From: Salpingoeca rosetta
Taxonomy: Eukaryota; Protista; Choanoflagellata
Reading direction: 5' to 3'
Assembly (NCBI GenBank): GCA_033442325.1
Contig: JAWQFM010000014.1
Span: 51,095-115,094, forward strand
Length of the DNA: 64,000 nucleotides
A program made the position numbers and the translations under genes. Shown in pieces: positions 14,690 to 32,213 of this stretch. A model generated the notes under the pieces. It had not been told where the DNA came from, made no database searches, and saw nothing but the letters and a program-made list of their open reading frames with translations. Position 1 is the first letter of the stretch, and every line of letters starts with the position of its first letter.

Positions 14690-14905
14690 CGTGTGTGTGT
14701 GCGTGTGTGTGCGTGCATGGATGCACGCGTAGTGTTTAAAGTTCCGACGTGCTCACGTGTGTGTGTGTGTGTGCGTGGCCCATCCCGACAACAAGAACGG
14801 CATGTTACAGGAGTTTGTGGCTGTGGTTGCGCGTGGTGGTGCGCGTGCGCTATATCGCGGCATCCTCGTCAACTTCATGAAGGTCGTCCCAGCCGTCAGC
14901 ATCAG
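12337..14905 (+). CDS. Mitochondrial carrier, ATP-Mg/Pi (SLC25A23/24/25/41-like); last exon missing from the assembly
   Basis: [87 protein letters not shown] and [11 protein letters not shown]; three PxD/ExxK/R-type carrier repeats (the third reads PLALIR). Confidence 0.9.
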
Positions 14906-15065
14906 GTCAGCCCCGAGCTCCATTCCCTGGCTCTGTGTGTATGTGTGTTTGTCTGTCTGTTTGTTTGTCTGTCTGTCTGTCTGTGTGTCTGTCTGTGTGT
15001 GTGTGTGTGTGTCTGTCTGTGTGTGTGTCTGTCTGTGTGTGTGTCTGTCTGTGTGTCTGTCTGTC

Positions 15066-15128
<63 letters not shown>

Positions 15129-15202
15129 CTCTCTGTCTCTATGTCTCTCTACATAACCATTCGTGACTGCTTGCCAACACACACGCCCCCTTCCCCCCCC
15201 AC

Positions 15203-15261
<59 letters not shown>

Positions 15262-15292
15262 CGCGCGCATCCATGCAAGAGCGAAGGCTTAC

Positions 15293-16534
15293 TTCTCGAC
15301 GATGAGCTTGAACCATGGGGTGATCTTGGTGCCAGTCTGCTCGGCGTTGGCCATGAGATCACGCAGTTCGTTTGGCGAAACCCATTTGGTCGCCTGCACC
15401 TCATTTGGGACAGGGCTGTGCTCAATGTCCTTCTGGAGGAACAGAATGTAGTCAACTGCACACACAAGGCACATGGATGTGGCAGACGGCAGTGAGCAAA
15501 CGCACAAGCACACATGCACACGCAAGTACATTCACATACATACACACATGCACACACACACATGCACCCCGCACGCACAGGCTAACGTCAAGAGAAGCAC
15601 AGAAGCTGCAGTACATGGAGTGTGGACAGTACCTTCGTGCTCGCCCCACATGCCATCGGACGGCGCAAGATACTTGATGCGCGTCAGGAACTTAAACTCG
15701 TCCAGGGAGATCTGAGCACAGCGCGCGCACATCAGATTGCGTGAATATCAGCAGCAATGCAATTCAACGCAAATGCAATGCCACCGACCAGTTAGCACTG
15801 CACTTCGACCAAGAGCATGCAGCGATACCTTGGAAGGGTCAATGCCGAGCTCGTGCTCGAGCTTGCGACGAGCAGCAAACCTGACACCTGCGGGTACGTG
15901 TGATGTTTTGAAGGGCATGGTTGGAAATGACATGTCATTCGCACGCAAGAACACACTGACGCGCACACACGCGCGCGCGCACACGCACGCACGCGCGCAC
16001 AAGAGCATACACACACGCACCTTTTTGGTTTTCCTCCTCAAGCTCCTCTGGGCGGAAGAGAGGGTGGGAGCAGCACGTGTTGGTCCAGCAGCCAGGGAAG
16101 GTAATCTGGGTGTGGAACAAGCGAGCACGCACAAACAAGAGCGGATGGAGACCAAAACGAGATACATGTGAGAGACCCAAAGTGGCAGGAGAGGTGATGG
16201 GTGTCTGTAGCAATTTGGGTGACAACACTGCTTCCAGTGCGTGTGTATGTGTGTGTGTATCGATACGCACACGGTGGTGAGGAGAGCGAGGCTGTGTAAA
16301 ACTAACACTGCGTACCTTCTCATCGGAGCGCTGTTGCAGCAACAACTTGCCCTCCGAGTTGAACAAGAACACGCTGAATGCGCGGTGAAGAAGGCCCTTG
16401 TTGATGTTCTCCATCAAATGGCCTGCATGTGCACGGCATACAGTCCACTGTGTCAGCAGCAAAGTATCGCACACGTGGTCCCTGTGCACAAAAGCACAAA
16501 AGCGCGCACACACACACACGAGCACACACACACG

Positions 16535-16606
<72 letters not shown>

Positions 16607-17037
16607 CACACACACACACACACGAGCACACACACACACAAACACGAGCACACACACACACAAGCACACACACACACACGAGCACACACGAGCATACGCA
16701 CATACACAGCACAACGCACCCACAGCACGCACACAGCACCACAACATACAGTTCTTCTTGGAGTCGTGACCAAGAACTTTGTCATCCTCATCGACGAGGA
16801 TGCACTCCTCGGCCATGAGCCGAACCTGCGACCGCGGAGCAAGTCAGTCGTGCAAGTGTAAGCATGCCAAGGTGACCAATGGCACTCGAGTTTCTTGCCT
16901 TGCTCCTTGACTGGCAACAAGCAAGTGCAAAGTGCTCTCGTCAAACCTCGCCCACCCCCACCCCACTTCCATTTCTTTATTCCACGCCTGCGCTCGCTTG
17001 CCTGCTCGTCATCGTAGCTGGAAAGATCCACAGACAT
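15293..17037 (-). CDS. IDI1: Isopentenyl-diphosphate delta-isomerase type 1; last exon missing from the assembly
   Basis: QVRLMAEECILVDEDD, LLHRAFSVFLFNSEGKLLLQQRS, ITFPGCWTNTCCSHP, AARRKLEHELGI, WGEHEVDYILF and ITPWFKLI. Confidence 0.95.
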
Positions 17038-17110
17038 GGCTGGCGTTGGCGTGCGGGTGGTGTGTGTTGTGGCGTGAGTGGGTCACCCGATTACTGAAGT
17101 TTAATGGGTA

Positions 17111-22934
<5,824 letters not shown>

Positions 22935-23195
22935 TGTGCAGTGTTGTTGTTCACTGTGCAGTCAGTGTCTTGTTTGTGCACCGTTGTCGTGGTCGCTGCT
23001 GATTTTGTTTGCTGCAGATGTCTTGTTCACCATGCCAAGCACCAGCTTTTATGATAACACACGCATGCGTGTCTTCCTCCCTCATGGGCGGAAACGCACA
23101 CACCCACACTCACGCACCCACACACACTCACCCACACACACTCACCCACACACACTCACGCACACACACACCAACCGCTAACTGCTCTCATTTCA

Positions 23196-25621
23196 TCAAA
23201 CAGCAGGGGTGCAGTGGAAGGTGTAGGTGCCCATTGCGTGGTGGACGCCGAGCTTGACCTGCAGCTTGCTTGCCCGCTGCAGCTCCTTGGCGCTGTGCCC
23301 GTGCAGCCAGTAAACCACCTGCTTGGCCCAGAAGGGCCCGCCTTCATACACATGGCCGTATCTGCCCTCGCCAAGCCCAAGCGCCTCCGCCCCAAATCGT
23401 CGCACGTCTGCGCGCGTGTGCGGATATCCAGGCAGCACGACGGGCGGGCCGCTCGCCCCATCACCAGTCACCATGTCAACCCACAGCACAACAGCATCGC
23501 CAACACCACCAACACCACCATCAACGCCAACACCACAGCCGTCACCACCATCACCACTGGCATCGTCACCATCACCACTGGCAGCGAGTGGTAGCTCTGT
23601 ATCGAACACCTCCTCGTGTGGAAGGTCGTCGGCACCACTGGTCAGGTCGAGAGTGGCAACAGTCACCGGTGCACACGCGAGGGAGCGGCGGTACTGCCAC
23701 AGAGACACACACGACAGCGCATGCACACCAACGCTAACACCAACACCACTACCGTCGCCACTGCCAGCACCATCGCCATCATCACCGTCGTCGTTGCCCA
23801 CGGTGGCGGCGGCGACATGGGGCCGCATGGCGCGTTCGAGCGGGGTGTGGTCGAGGCCACAGATGGTGGTGATGGCAGCGTGGGAGAAAGACAGGTCCGG
23901 CAGCCGAACAAGGGCTGCGCGTATGCAGATGCGATGCGGTGTAATGGCCGCAGAAGGCGAGATCGCGGGGGAAAAGGCACGTCGAAGGTAGTACAAGTTA
24001 AGGGCAGCGAGGATGGGGCGGTTCTTCAGCTGATACGCAAAGGTGTCGCCAACAACATGCTGCACTTGGCCCCACCGCCACGCATCCCCGTGGTCCGCTC
24101 CCCGCCACCACTGCACATTCACAACGCCACGGCCATCTCCACCGCTGTCGCAAACACTGGTGTCGTTGTTGCTGCTGCTGCTGGTGTTGCCGACGTGAGT
24201 TGCTTGGTGCACCCCGTGACGTGTGTCGAGGTGAGCCAAAGGGCACACGGTGACGTGCTGCTTGGCGTCATACACAACAATGGTCCTTGAACGTTTCGGA
24301 TCAGGACACGCCAGATGCTGCGCGTACAACAGTCCACACGCCCCGCCCTCGCACATGTCGAGAACAATGCCGTTGGCGCCCTCCAGCCCGCCAGCAGGAA
24401 GGCCAGCATCACGACGGCTTCGCTCCATGGCAGCAACCCATATCCGCCCATACACCCCAGACCCATATGCGGCTGCCCGCTCCACCGTCGCGTGTGTGTG
24501 CAGCACGGAGCTGACCAGCAGCGCTTTCGCCTCGTCTGCCGGCGCCAATGCCGGCGTTGTGTCTGGTGATGGTGCAGGCGGTGTAGTGGTGGGTGCTGGT
24601 GTTCTCTTTGCAACCTCTGTGGTGTCTGTAGTCATGTCCATGGTGGTTGGTAGGTCTGTGATGGCGGCCGCTCGAAGCGTTGTCGCCTCGTCCTCCAGCC
24701 AGATTCGCACCGTCACGCCCGCATGCCCCACTGTGCACCGTGGCAGCACAAACAGGCCCTGTGCCCAGTGGTCCTGAAACGGCTGTCCTGTTGTGGCTGC
24801 GGGCGCACTGGAGTACACGAGTGAAGAAGCGTCATCAGCGAGAAGCGACAGCTCCCACCACACCACCATCCCATCCGATGCATCCTGTTCCTCGGCGTCG
24901 CCATCACCGCCGCCCTCGTGCTGGTGCTGTTCGAACCGCACGTGCCCGGCATCCTCCCCGCCGCCGCCAACGAGTGACACGCGCACGGGCTGCTGCGATG
25001 AGGGGTGCGGCCCATCGCCCCTCAGAGGAGCGCAGGGATCAAAGGCAAGACTCGCCAGCTGCTGCGGATCAGACGTGATGGCCATTGGCTCCAGGCCCTG
25101 CACATGGCACGGGAGGCAGTGGGTGTACATTGGGCACCCGTTGAGGCGCAGTGCGTCGAGGGCTGGGCTGGACACCAGCTGACCGTATAGGCGAGCAGCG
25201 GCAGGGATGCTGGGCGCTCGTGGGTGCAGGAGACGCGCATAAGCATCGCGCAAGATGGGGACAACCATCTCGCCCGTCAAGCTGAAGTCCAACAGCTCAG
25301 ATATGACCATGTCACACCGACCGTCGACGGCGTGCGAGGAAAGGTCACTCGGCGTCACCTCAAAGCTGGGCTTGGCGAGCACAGTTACGTGGCCTTCAAA
25401 TCCGTTGCATGCCACCACAGATGCCGCAACTGTGGCCAGGCCAGCGAACTGCTCAACGGCATATGCGTGTGCAGCTCCATGCCTCACAGCCAACATGGAC
25501 AGCAGCCCACACCCAGCACCTGAATGGGATAGATTGAGCAAAGAGGAGGTGGTGAGATCAAAACAAGAGGGAAGGCACCTACAGATGTGTGTCTGTGTGT
25601 ATCCGCGTGTCTGTCTGTCGA

Positions 25622-25653
<32 letters not shown>

Positions 25654-25740
25654 CGTGTGCGAGTGTGTGTGTGTGTCTGTGTCTGTCTGTCTGTCTGTCT
25701 GTGTGTGTGTGTGTGTGTGTATCTGCGTGTCTGTCTGTCG

Positions 25741-25817
<77 letters not shown>

Positions 25818-26254
25818 TGTGTGTGTGTGTCATTGAGGCAGCGCACACGACAAGAGGCAAAGCCGAGCAACTACACCATCGTCTGCTCACCGATATCAAG
25901 CACAACAGGGGCGCGGCCGTGCTTCTCCTGAAAAGCACCCACAGCAGTGTGAATGGCTTGCTCGTACAGCTCTGCGCGCAGGTGGTCGGTGAGCATCGGC
26001 GGATACCAACCGGCGACCAGCTGCGTCGTGGCTGGGTCTGCCCTCGTGCCAGGGGTCCAAGCACCAAGCTCCTGCCCATGCTCTTGAGCCTGCTGCTTTG
26101 CTGCAGGTGTGCTTCCAGGCCAAAGCACCCACTGCACACCACCTGTGCTTGGTGCCAGTCTTGCCTCCAGCATTATCTGGCGAACGTGCCCATCCTCAGC
26201 CTCAACCTCCGCCCCAACCAGCGTGTCCACATCCGTCTCATCCAAACTGGCCAT
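23196..26254 (-). CDS. PRMT7: Protein arginine methyltransferase 7-like (tandem PRMT modules); exons 26254-25891 and 25519-23196
   Basis: [18 protein letters not shown], motif [16 protein letters not shown], double-E loop [18 protein letters not shown] (PRMT7-type DHW loop) and a degenerate second module. Confidence 0.8.
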
Positions 26255-26400
26255 CGTGGCACGTGTTGTTGTAGTTGTTGTTGTTGTTGTGTTGTTGTGT
26301 GTGAAGGTGTTCGTCGTTTACAAGCAGGAAGAGGAAGAAGAGTGGGAAAGCGTTCCGTGCAATCAATGAATACGATGTGGCGGCCCTGATATCCATTCGT

Positions 26401-26563
26401 TCACCCTTTGCCACGGGTGGTGGTGACGGTGCTTGTGATCCAGTCCAGTGCTCGCTTCATGCTGTCCTGTGTCGTCGCCGTGGAGGGCATGATGGTCCTG
26501 CAACAAGATGGGGGTGGAGAGGTGAGGACGAGGGTAGATGAGCGGGAAGGGGTTTACGTGTGC

Positions 26564-26646
<83 letters not shown>

Positions 26647-27548
26647 TGTGTGTGTGCCTGTGTGTGTGACTGTGTGAGTCTGTACGTGTCTGTGTGTGTG
26701 CTTCNNNNNNNNNNNNNNNNNNNNNNNNNNNNNNNNNNNNNNNNNNNNNNNNNNNNNNNNNNNNNNNNNNNNNNNNNNNNNNNNNNNNNNNNNNNNNNNN
26801 NNNNNNNNNNNNNNNNNNNNNNNNNNNNNNNNNNNNNNNNNNNNNCACACAACGCAACACACAACACAACACAACACAACACAACACAATACAACACAAT
26901 ACAATACAACACAACACACATACACCTGGTGAGAGGGCGCCCTTGATGTCCTGCTTGTTGGCAAGAACAAGGATGGGCGCCTGTGTGTTCAGGGAGGGCA
27001 AGCACTCATCCACCAGCATCTCCACGGCCTCATCAAGTCGCTCGCGGTCTGTCGCGTCCACCACAAACACCAACGCATCCGTCGTCGCTATGTACAGGTG
27101 GGCCATCTTCCGCGCCTGCGCCAAGGATCACACGCAACAATGCCGGGGCGCAGCATGGTGGCGCAGCATGAGCGATGTGACAAGCCAACCAAACACCAGC
27201 AAGCGTGCAATCAGGACAGGAACAACGTTGGCAGCAGAGCTGACATGTGCACGCGCAGCGCAACAGTGCTTGCGCGGGTGTCTATGTACAGTCAACCAAC
27301 CAAAAACACACACACACACACACACACAGAGTTCGCACCGCTGATCGAAGGCCGACATCCCAGAGAGTGAGCTCGACAGTGTCGTTTGGAATGGATTCGA
27401 CGTTGAAGCCGATTGTGGGGATGGGTGTGACGTTCTCATTCAGCTTCATGCGATACAGCAGCGATGTCTTTCCCGCTGCATCCAGCCCCAGCATGACCAC
27501 CTTCACCTCTGGCTGTGTATACCCGAGCTTGGCTGCAATGCCACCCAT
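26401..27548 (-). CDS. Arf/Arl-family small GTPase with a non-canonical G3 motif
   Basis: MG start, GLDAAGKTSLLY, PTIGFNVE, WDVG(LR), LVFVVDATDRERL, LANKQD and last exon ...STAT...ALDWI...KG*. One exon is probably in gap 26705-26845. Confidence 0.88.
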
Positions 27549-28151
27549 GCTGTCAATGTGTCTGTGTGTGTGTGTGTGTCTGTGTGTGTGTGTGTGTCTG
27601 TCTGTGTGTGTCTGTGTGTGTGTGTGTGTGTGTCTGTGTCTGTGTGTGTGTGTGTGTGTGTCTGTGTGTTGCTGGCAGATGAAGGAGTGGTTGCAGCACT
27701 TTGGCTGCGTCCAGATCCACCACCGCACGCAACCGTTTGCGTTTGCGGTGCTGTCGTTGCTGCTGCTGCTGCGAAGGAAGTAATGTAACGCGATGTGATG
27801 TGACATGTGACAACGCGGCACTTTGCGAACTTGTGTGCGTGCACACAGCCAAATTATTGCTGTGGATGTTCGTTTGGTCTGTGGGTGTGTCTCTCTCTCT
27901 CTCTCTCTCTCTCTGTGGCTGCTTGCTCTGCAAAGGCGTGCCTGCCCGAGTGGCTGTCTGTGCAGTCCGTTCGATCTGTTCGATCTGCTTGGGTGGATGC
28001 GTCGATCCAACCAGGCAACCAACAAGGAAGCTAGAAAGCAAGCACGGAAGAGAAGAAGTGTGCTTTGCTTGTTGCTTCTTGTTGTTGCTTTGCAGCATGA
28101 GCAAGTTGTTTTGAACAGAGCAAAATTTCCTTCTCACACCAAGCAAGGTTG

Positions 28152-28223
28152 TCTCCAATAGTATAGTGGCTAGTATCTCCGCCTGTCACGCGGAAGACCA
28201 GGGTTCGATTCCCTGTTGGAGAG
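28152..28223 (+). tRNA. tRNA-Asp (GTC), copy 1
   Basis: TCTCCAA..TTGGAGA acceptor stem, TAGTATAGTGG A-box, anticodon loop CT-GTC-AC, GGTTCGATTCC B-box and a downstream TTTTT. Confidence 0.97.
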
Positions 28224-28642
28224 CATCTGTTCTTTTTGCTTTTGCCTCCCGCTTTTTCTTGCTTTGGATTGCTTGCTGCTTCTTTGTTGCTTGCTGCTTT
28301 GTGTTTTGCTCTGTGTTGTCTTTCGGTTGCCTCGCTGTGCTTACGTGTGTGCGTGTGTGCTGCATCGCTTCCTTCCCTGCCTCACCGAATCAGATGCATC
28401 GATGAACAGGGTTGTTTATGTCATTCTCTTCCACCAATAATGCGTTTCTCTCCAATGCATGTACGCAGATGCAGTCTTCCACGCGTTAAACTGTCCTACA
28501 CACGAAACAAACCGTGGTGTGCACACAACAGGGCTCATGGGTGGCAAGGCATGTTGCACGCAATCATGCACACACATGCACACACATACATACACACAAC
28601 GTCGTCATGCACACACAACGTCGTCATGCACACACAACGTCG

Positions 28643-30767
28643 TCATGAGCGCTTGAGGCCTTGCTCCATGGCATGTGCCGTGCGCTGGATGTAGTGCACG
28701 TTCCTTCGCACACGGTCCGCCAAACTCGCCGTGCTGCTGGAGTGCACGTTCCTTCGCACACGGTCCGCCAAACTCGCCGTGCTGCTGGACCGCCACGCTT
28801 CCGCTTGCACGTCCCTGCATGAACAGGTGCACGGGCACGGGAGGAGGAAAGGTGAGGGAGATGCCATCATTTTCATTGCGAGCAAGCAAGTGGATGAAAC
28901 AAAGAATGTGTTGTGGTGACCAGATGACGTGCAAACACGCACATGTGCGTCTTCCCCCCCCCCCCCCTCCACACACACACACACACAAACTGACTTGAGG
29001 AACGCTGCCTCTGTGTCGGCGCCATCCTGATCGCGCCTGCGCCGCGCTGCCGCTGCCTTCTCCTCCTCCTCGGCCTCGCGCTTCTCCTCTTCCTCGTACT
29101 TGCGCAGGTTCTCCCGCCGCACCCCTTCGCGCCACCTGGCATTCGCCACCATCGCCTCCAGCCGCCGCCTGTCAGCCTCTTCATCATCATTGTTCACGCC
29201 ACGACCGCCACGACCGTCACCACCCCTGTCTCTCCTTCTCTCACCTTCATCCCCCCTCACATCATCACCATGACGATCACCACCGCGAGTGCTGCTGCTG
29301 ATGCTGCTGTCTGTGTCCCACCGACGTCGCCGCGGCCGCCTGCTTGTCTCCGCCACCCTGCCACCTGCAGCCACACCCTCACCACCACCATCAATGGCAC
29401 GGACGACCACCGCGATGATGATGGCGACGTGGTTGCACGGGCGAGCGGGAACGTGACCTGGTTCCGGTGCCGGCCATCAGAACGCCGCCTGTCGCCGTCA
29501 TCAGCACTGCGGCCATCGTACCTCTCGCTGCGCTCACTTCCCCTTCTCCTCTGCATCCCGCCAATGCTGTCACCACCAGCGGCGGCGTCATAGCCGTGTC
29601 TGCGGCCACTCGTCCTTCTCCTCACTGCAACATCGTCAGCATCGGCATGCTGACGTCTGTCGTGCACCGAGCCACCACCGCCCCTGTGCCTGCTCTCAAC
29701 GCCACGACCGTTGTCACCGCTGTCGCTGCTGTCGTGCTGGTCCCAGCCCTTGACGCGCTCGCTGCCGGCCCTGTCTCCTTCCTTGTCCTTCCTGTCCTTC
29801 TTGTGTTTCTTGTCCTTCTTGTGCTTCTTCTTCTTGTGCTTCTTCTTGTCGTGCTTGCCCGTGTCCTTCTCCAGGGCCTTTCGCAGCTCCCGCATGCGCA
29901 CGGGATTGCTGCGGAGCTCGCGCAGGCGCTCCTGCTGCCGCTTCTTCATCATGAACATCGGGTCCTCCCGCACCTTCGCCTGCATGTCCCGCAGGCGCTC
30001 GGCGGGGTCCTGCTCCTCCTTTTCCCGCAGCGTCGCTCCCGCCGCCGTGCCCAGCTGCAGATGCATTTGAGTGAGCGTGTGTGTGGGGGGGGGCGTGGGG
30101 GCTCTGTCAGTTCACAACAGCAAGCAACATGCAACAGAACACGCACAAGATGCACTATTTTCACATATGTGTACATGCACACCACACGTTCGTGCACACA
30201 CACACACACACGCACACACACACACACACACATACACAGACACATACACGCACACCTTGAGGTCGTCCTCTTCCTCTGTGGTGTCGCCGAGCACACGCTT
30301 GTCGACGGGGCATTGCCAAGAAGGTACTCATTCTTTGTCTTCGCAGCACCGCNNNNNNNNNNNNNNNNNNNNNNNNNNNNNNNNNNNNNNNNNNNNNNNN
30401 NNNNNNNNNNNNNNNNNNNNNNNNNNNNNNNNNNNNNNNNNNNNNNNNNNNNACATACCACATCAACGTTTTCAATGCCCACACATAGGTTGTTCATGCA
30501 CACACAACGTTGGTGAGGAGCTCTTGAGGCCTGCGCTCCATGGCCTGACCCGTGCGCTGGACGTAAGTCCTGTTTCTTTCCAGACGGTCCGCCAAACTCG
30601 CCCGGGTGCTGGTCGGCCACGTTTCCGCTTGCGTGTCTCTGAATGAACAGGGGCACGGCCAGGGGATGTGGAAGTGTGAGGGAGAGCCCTTGATTTTCTT
30701 TGGGGCGAGGCAACTGGGTGAGAGACAGGCATGACGGGTGAACGAGCTATTTCCTCGGCAGGACAGA

Positions 30768-30826
<59 letters not shown>

Positions 30827-30873
30827 ACACACACGTACACATGTGCTGTACTCACAAGGTCGCCGCCACCCAT
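28643..30873 (-). CDS. CWC25: Pre-mRNA splicing factor CWC25 (assembly has a gap and apparent 1-nt frameshifts)
   Basis: Exon 1 MGGGDL, EYLLG..VDK, DMQAKVREDPMFMMKK..NPVRMREL, K/H-rich tract, RRLEAMVANARWR and C-terminal SLADRVRRN..IQR. Confidence 0.85.
28693..28788. repeat. Perfect in-frame 48-bp tandem duplication in the CWC25 last exon
   Basis: agtgcacgttccttcgcacacggtccgccaaactcgccgtgctgctgg x2, encoding SSSTASLADRVRRNVH twice. Confidence 0.95.
30490..30730 (-). pseudogene. Diverged copy of the CWC25 last intron end, last exon and 3'UTR start
   Basis: Encodes RDTQAETWPTSTRASLADRLERNRTYVQRTGQAME versus RDVQAEAWRSSSTASLADRVRRNVHYIQRTAHAME at 28643-28815. The upstream intron sequence and the downstream acgttgtgtgtgcatga are also similar. 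Confidence 0.7.
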
Positions 30874-31039
30874 GATTGGTTGTCGCTGTTGTCGCTGTTG
30901 TTGAAGGGGAACAGGAGGAGACACAGCGAAAGAGAATGAATGGCTGTTGTTGTTGCACGATCGCAGCAGTTGTGTGTGTGTGGTTTTGTGGGGTTGTTTT
31001 GAAGAGAGCAAAATTTCCCTCTCGCAACAAGCAAGGTTG

Positions 31040-31111
31040 TCTCCAATAGTATAGTGGCTAGTATCTCCGCCTGTCACGCGGAAGACCAGGGTTCGATTCC
31101 CTGTTGGAGAG
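31040..31111 (+). tRNA. tRNA-Asp (GTC), copy 2
   Basis: Identical 72-nt sequence to 28152-28223, with ~45 bp of near-identical upstream flank and the same catctgttcttttt trailer. Confidence 0.97.
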
Positions 31112-31759
31112 CATCTGTTCTTTTTGTCCCCTTTTCTTTTTGCTGTTCATTCCACTTGCCCTTCCTTCCTTTTAGCCTTTTGCTTCTCGAGTCCTCTGTT
31201 TCATTCCCCAGCTGGCTGCCTCCTGCAGTCTTCACTCCCCCACAACAGCACAGTCATACAACAATGGACCATGTTGTATCTTGTGTCTTGTATTTTCCGC
31301 TGTATTGTGGTTGCCTGGCACTCGCCCCGTGTTCGCCTCTTGTCCTCTCTGTGGATGTGACATCTTGCGGAAATGAAGAAATGACAAGATACTCTCTCTT
31401 TCTTTGGTTCTTTACACTGGCATGCCCATGGCGGGAGATAACAGCCGTGGATGAGCACGGAGGAGAACAGAGCAGATTCTAGAGAAGGTAAAGGCAAGAA
31501 ACTCAGAAAGGAATGTGCTGTGGCACGGGTCATTGCACAAACAAGATGAGGAGATGGAGCAGGGAGAGTTAACAGACCACAGCCCTACAGCCCATCCCAC
31601 AGCACCACGAAGCGTGGCACAATCAACATGTTGTCCACAACAGAACGCAAAAACCTAATAACAGGGCGCATGCATGCATGCATCTATACATGTGCATTGT
31701 GCACACGAAAGTACGTGTGCATGCGCGTCCTAATAGCAACGACGCAGCCCAACTCAACA

Positions 31760-32155
31760 CTAGGAGCAGTCGAGCGCTTCTGAAGATACAGCGTCAGCGG
31801 CAGTGGCACGCGTGAACGTGTCCAAGCACCAGTCGAGACGGGGATGCTTGATGGCTTTTCTGCCACGGGGCTCCCCGAACCCGCCCTTCGACCTCGAGCT
31901 GCTGGTGCGAGAAGCGCCGTAGCAGTGGCCAACCCAATCGCCCATGTGCCACATTGTTGTCGACGGGGTGGACGGGCTCACGTCCTTCTGGCCATACCCG
32001 TGTGAGTTCATCGCCCTGTCAAGTGCATCACAACAACAAAGGGCAATGCGGTGCGTGTGAACGTGAGATGTTGTTTGTATGCTGAAGATCAGACATTGCT
32101 ACCTGCAGCAATGCGAGCTACAGACCTGCAGTGTCTGCACTGAGCAACATGATAC

Positions 32156-32213
<58 letters not shown>

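Noticed and set aside
28166-31482. Twin ORFs MASISACHAEDQGSIPCWRASVLF
   Set aside because: These are translations of the two tRNA-Asp genes.
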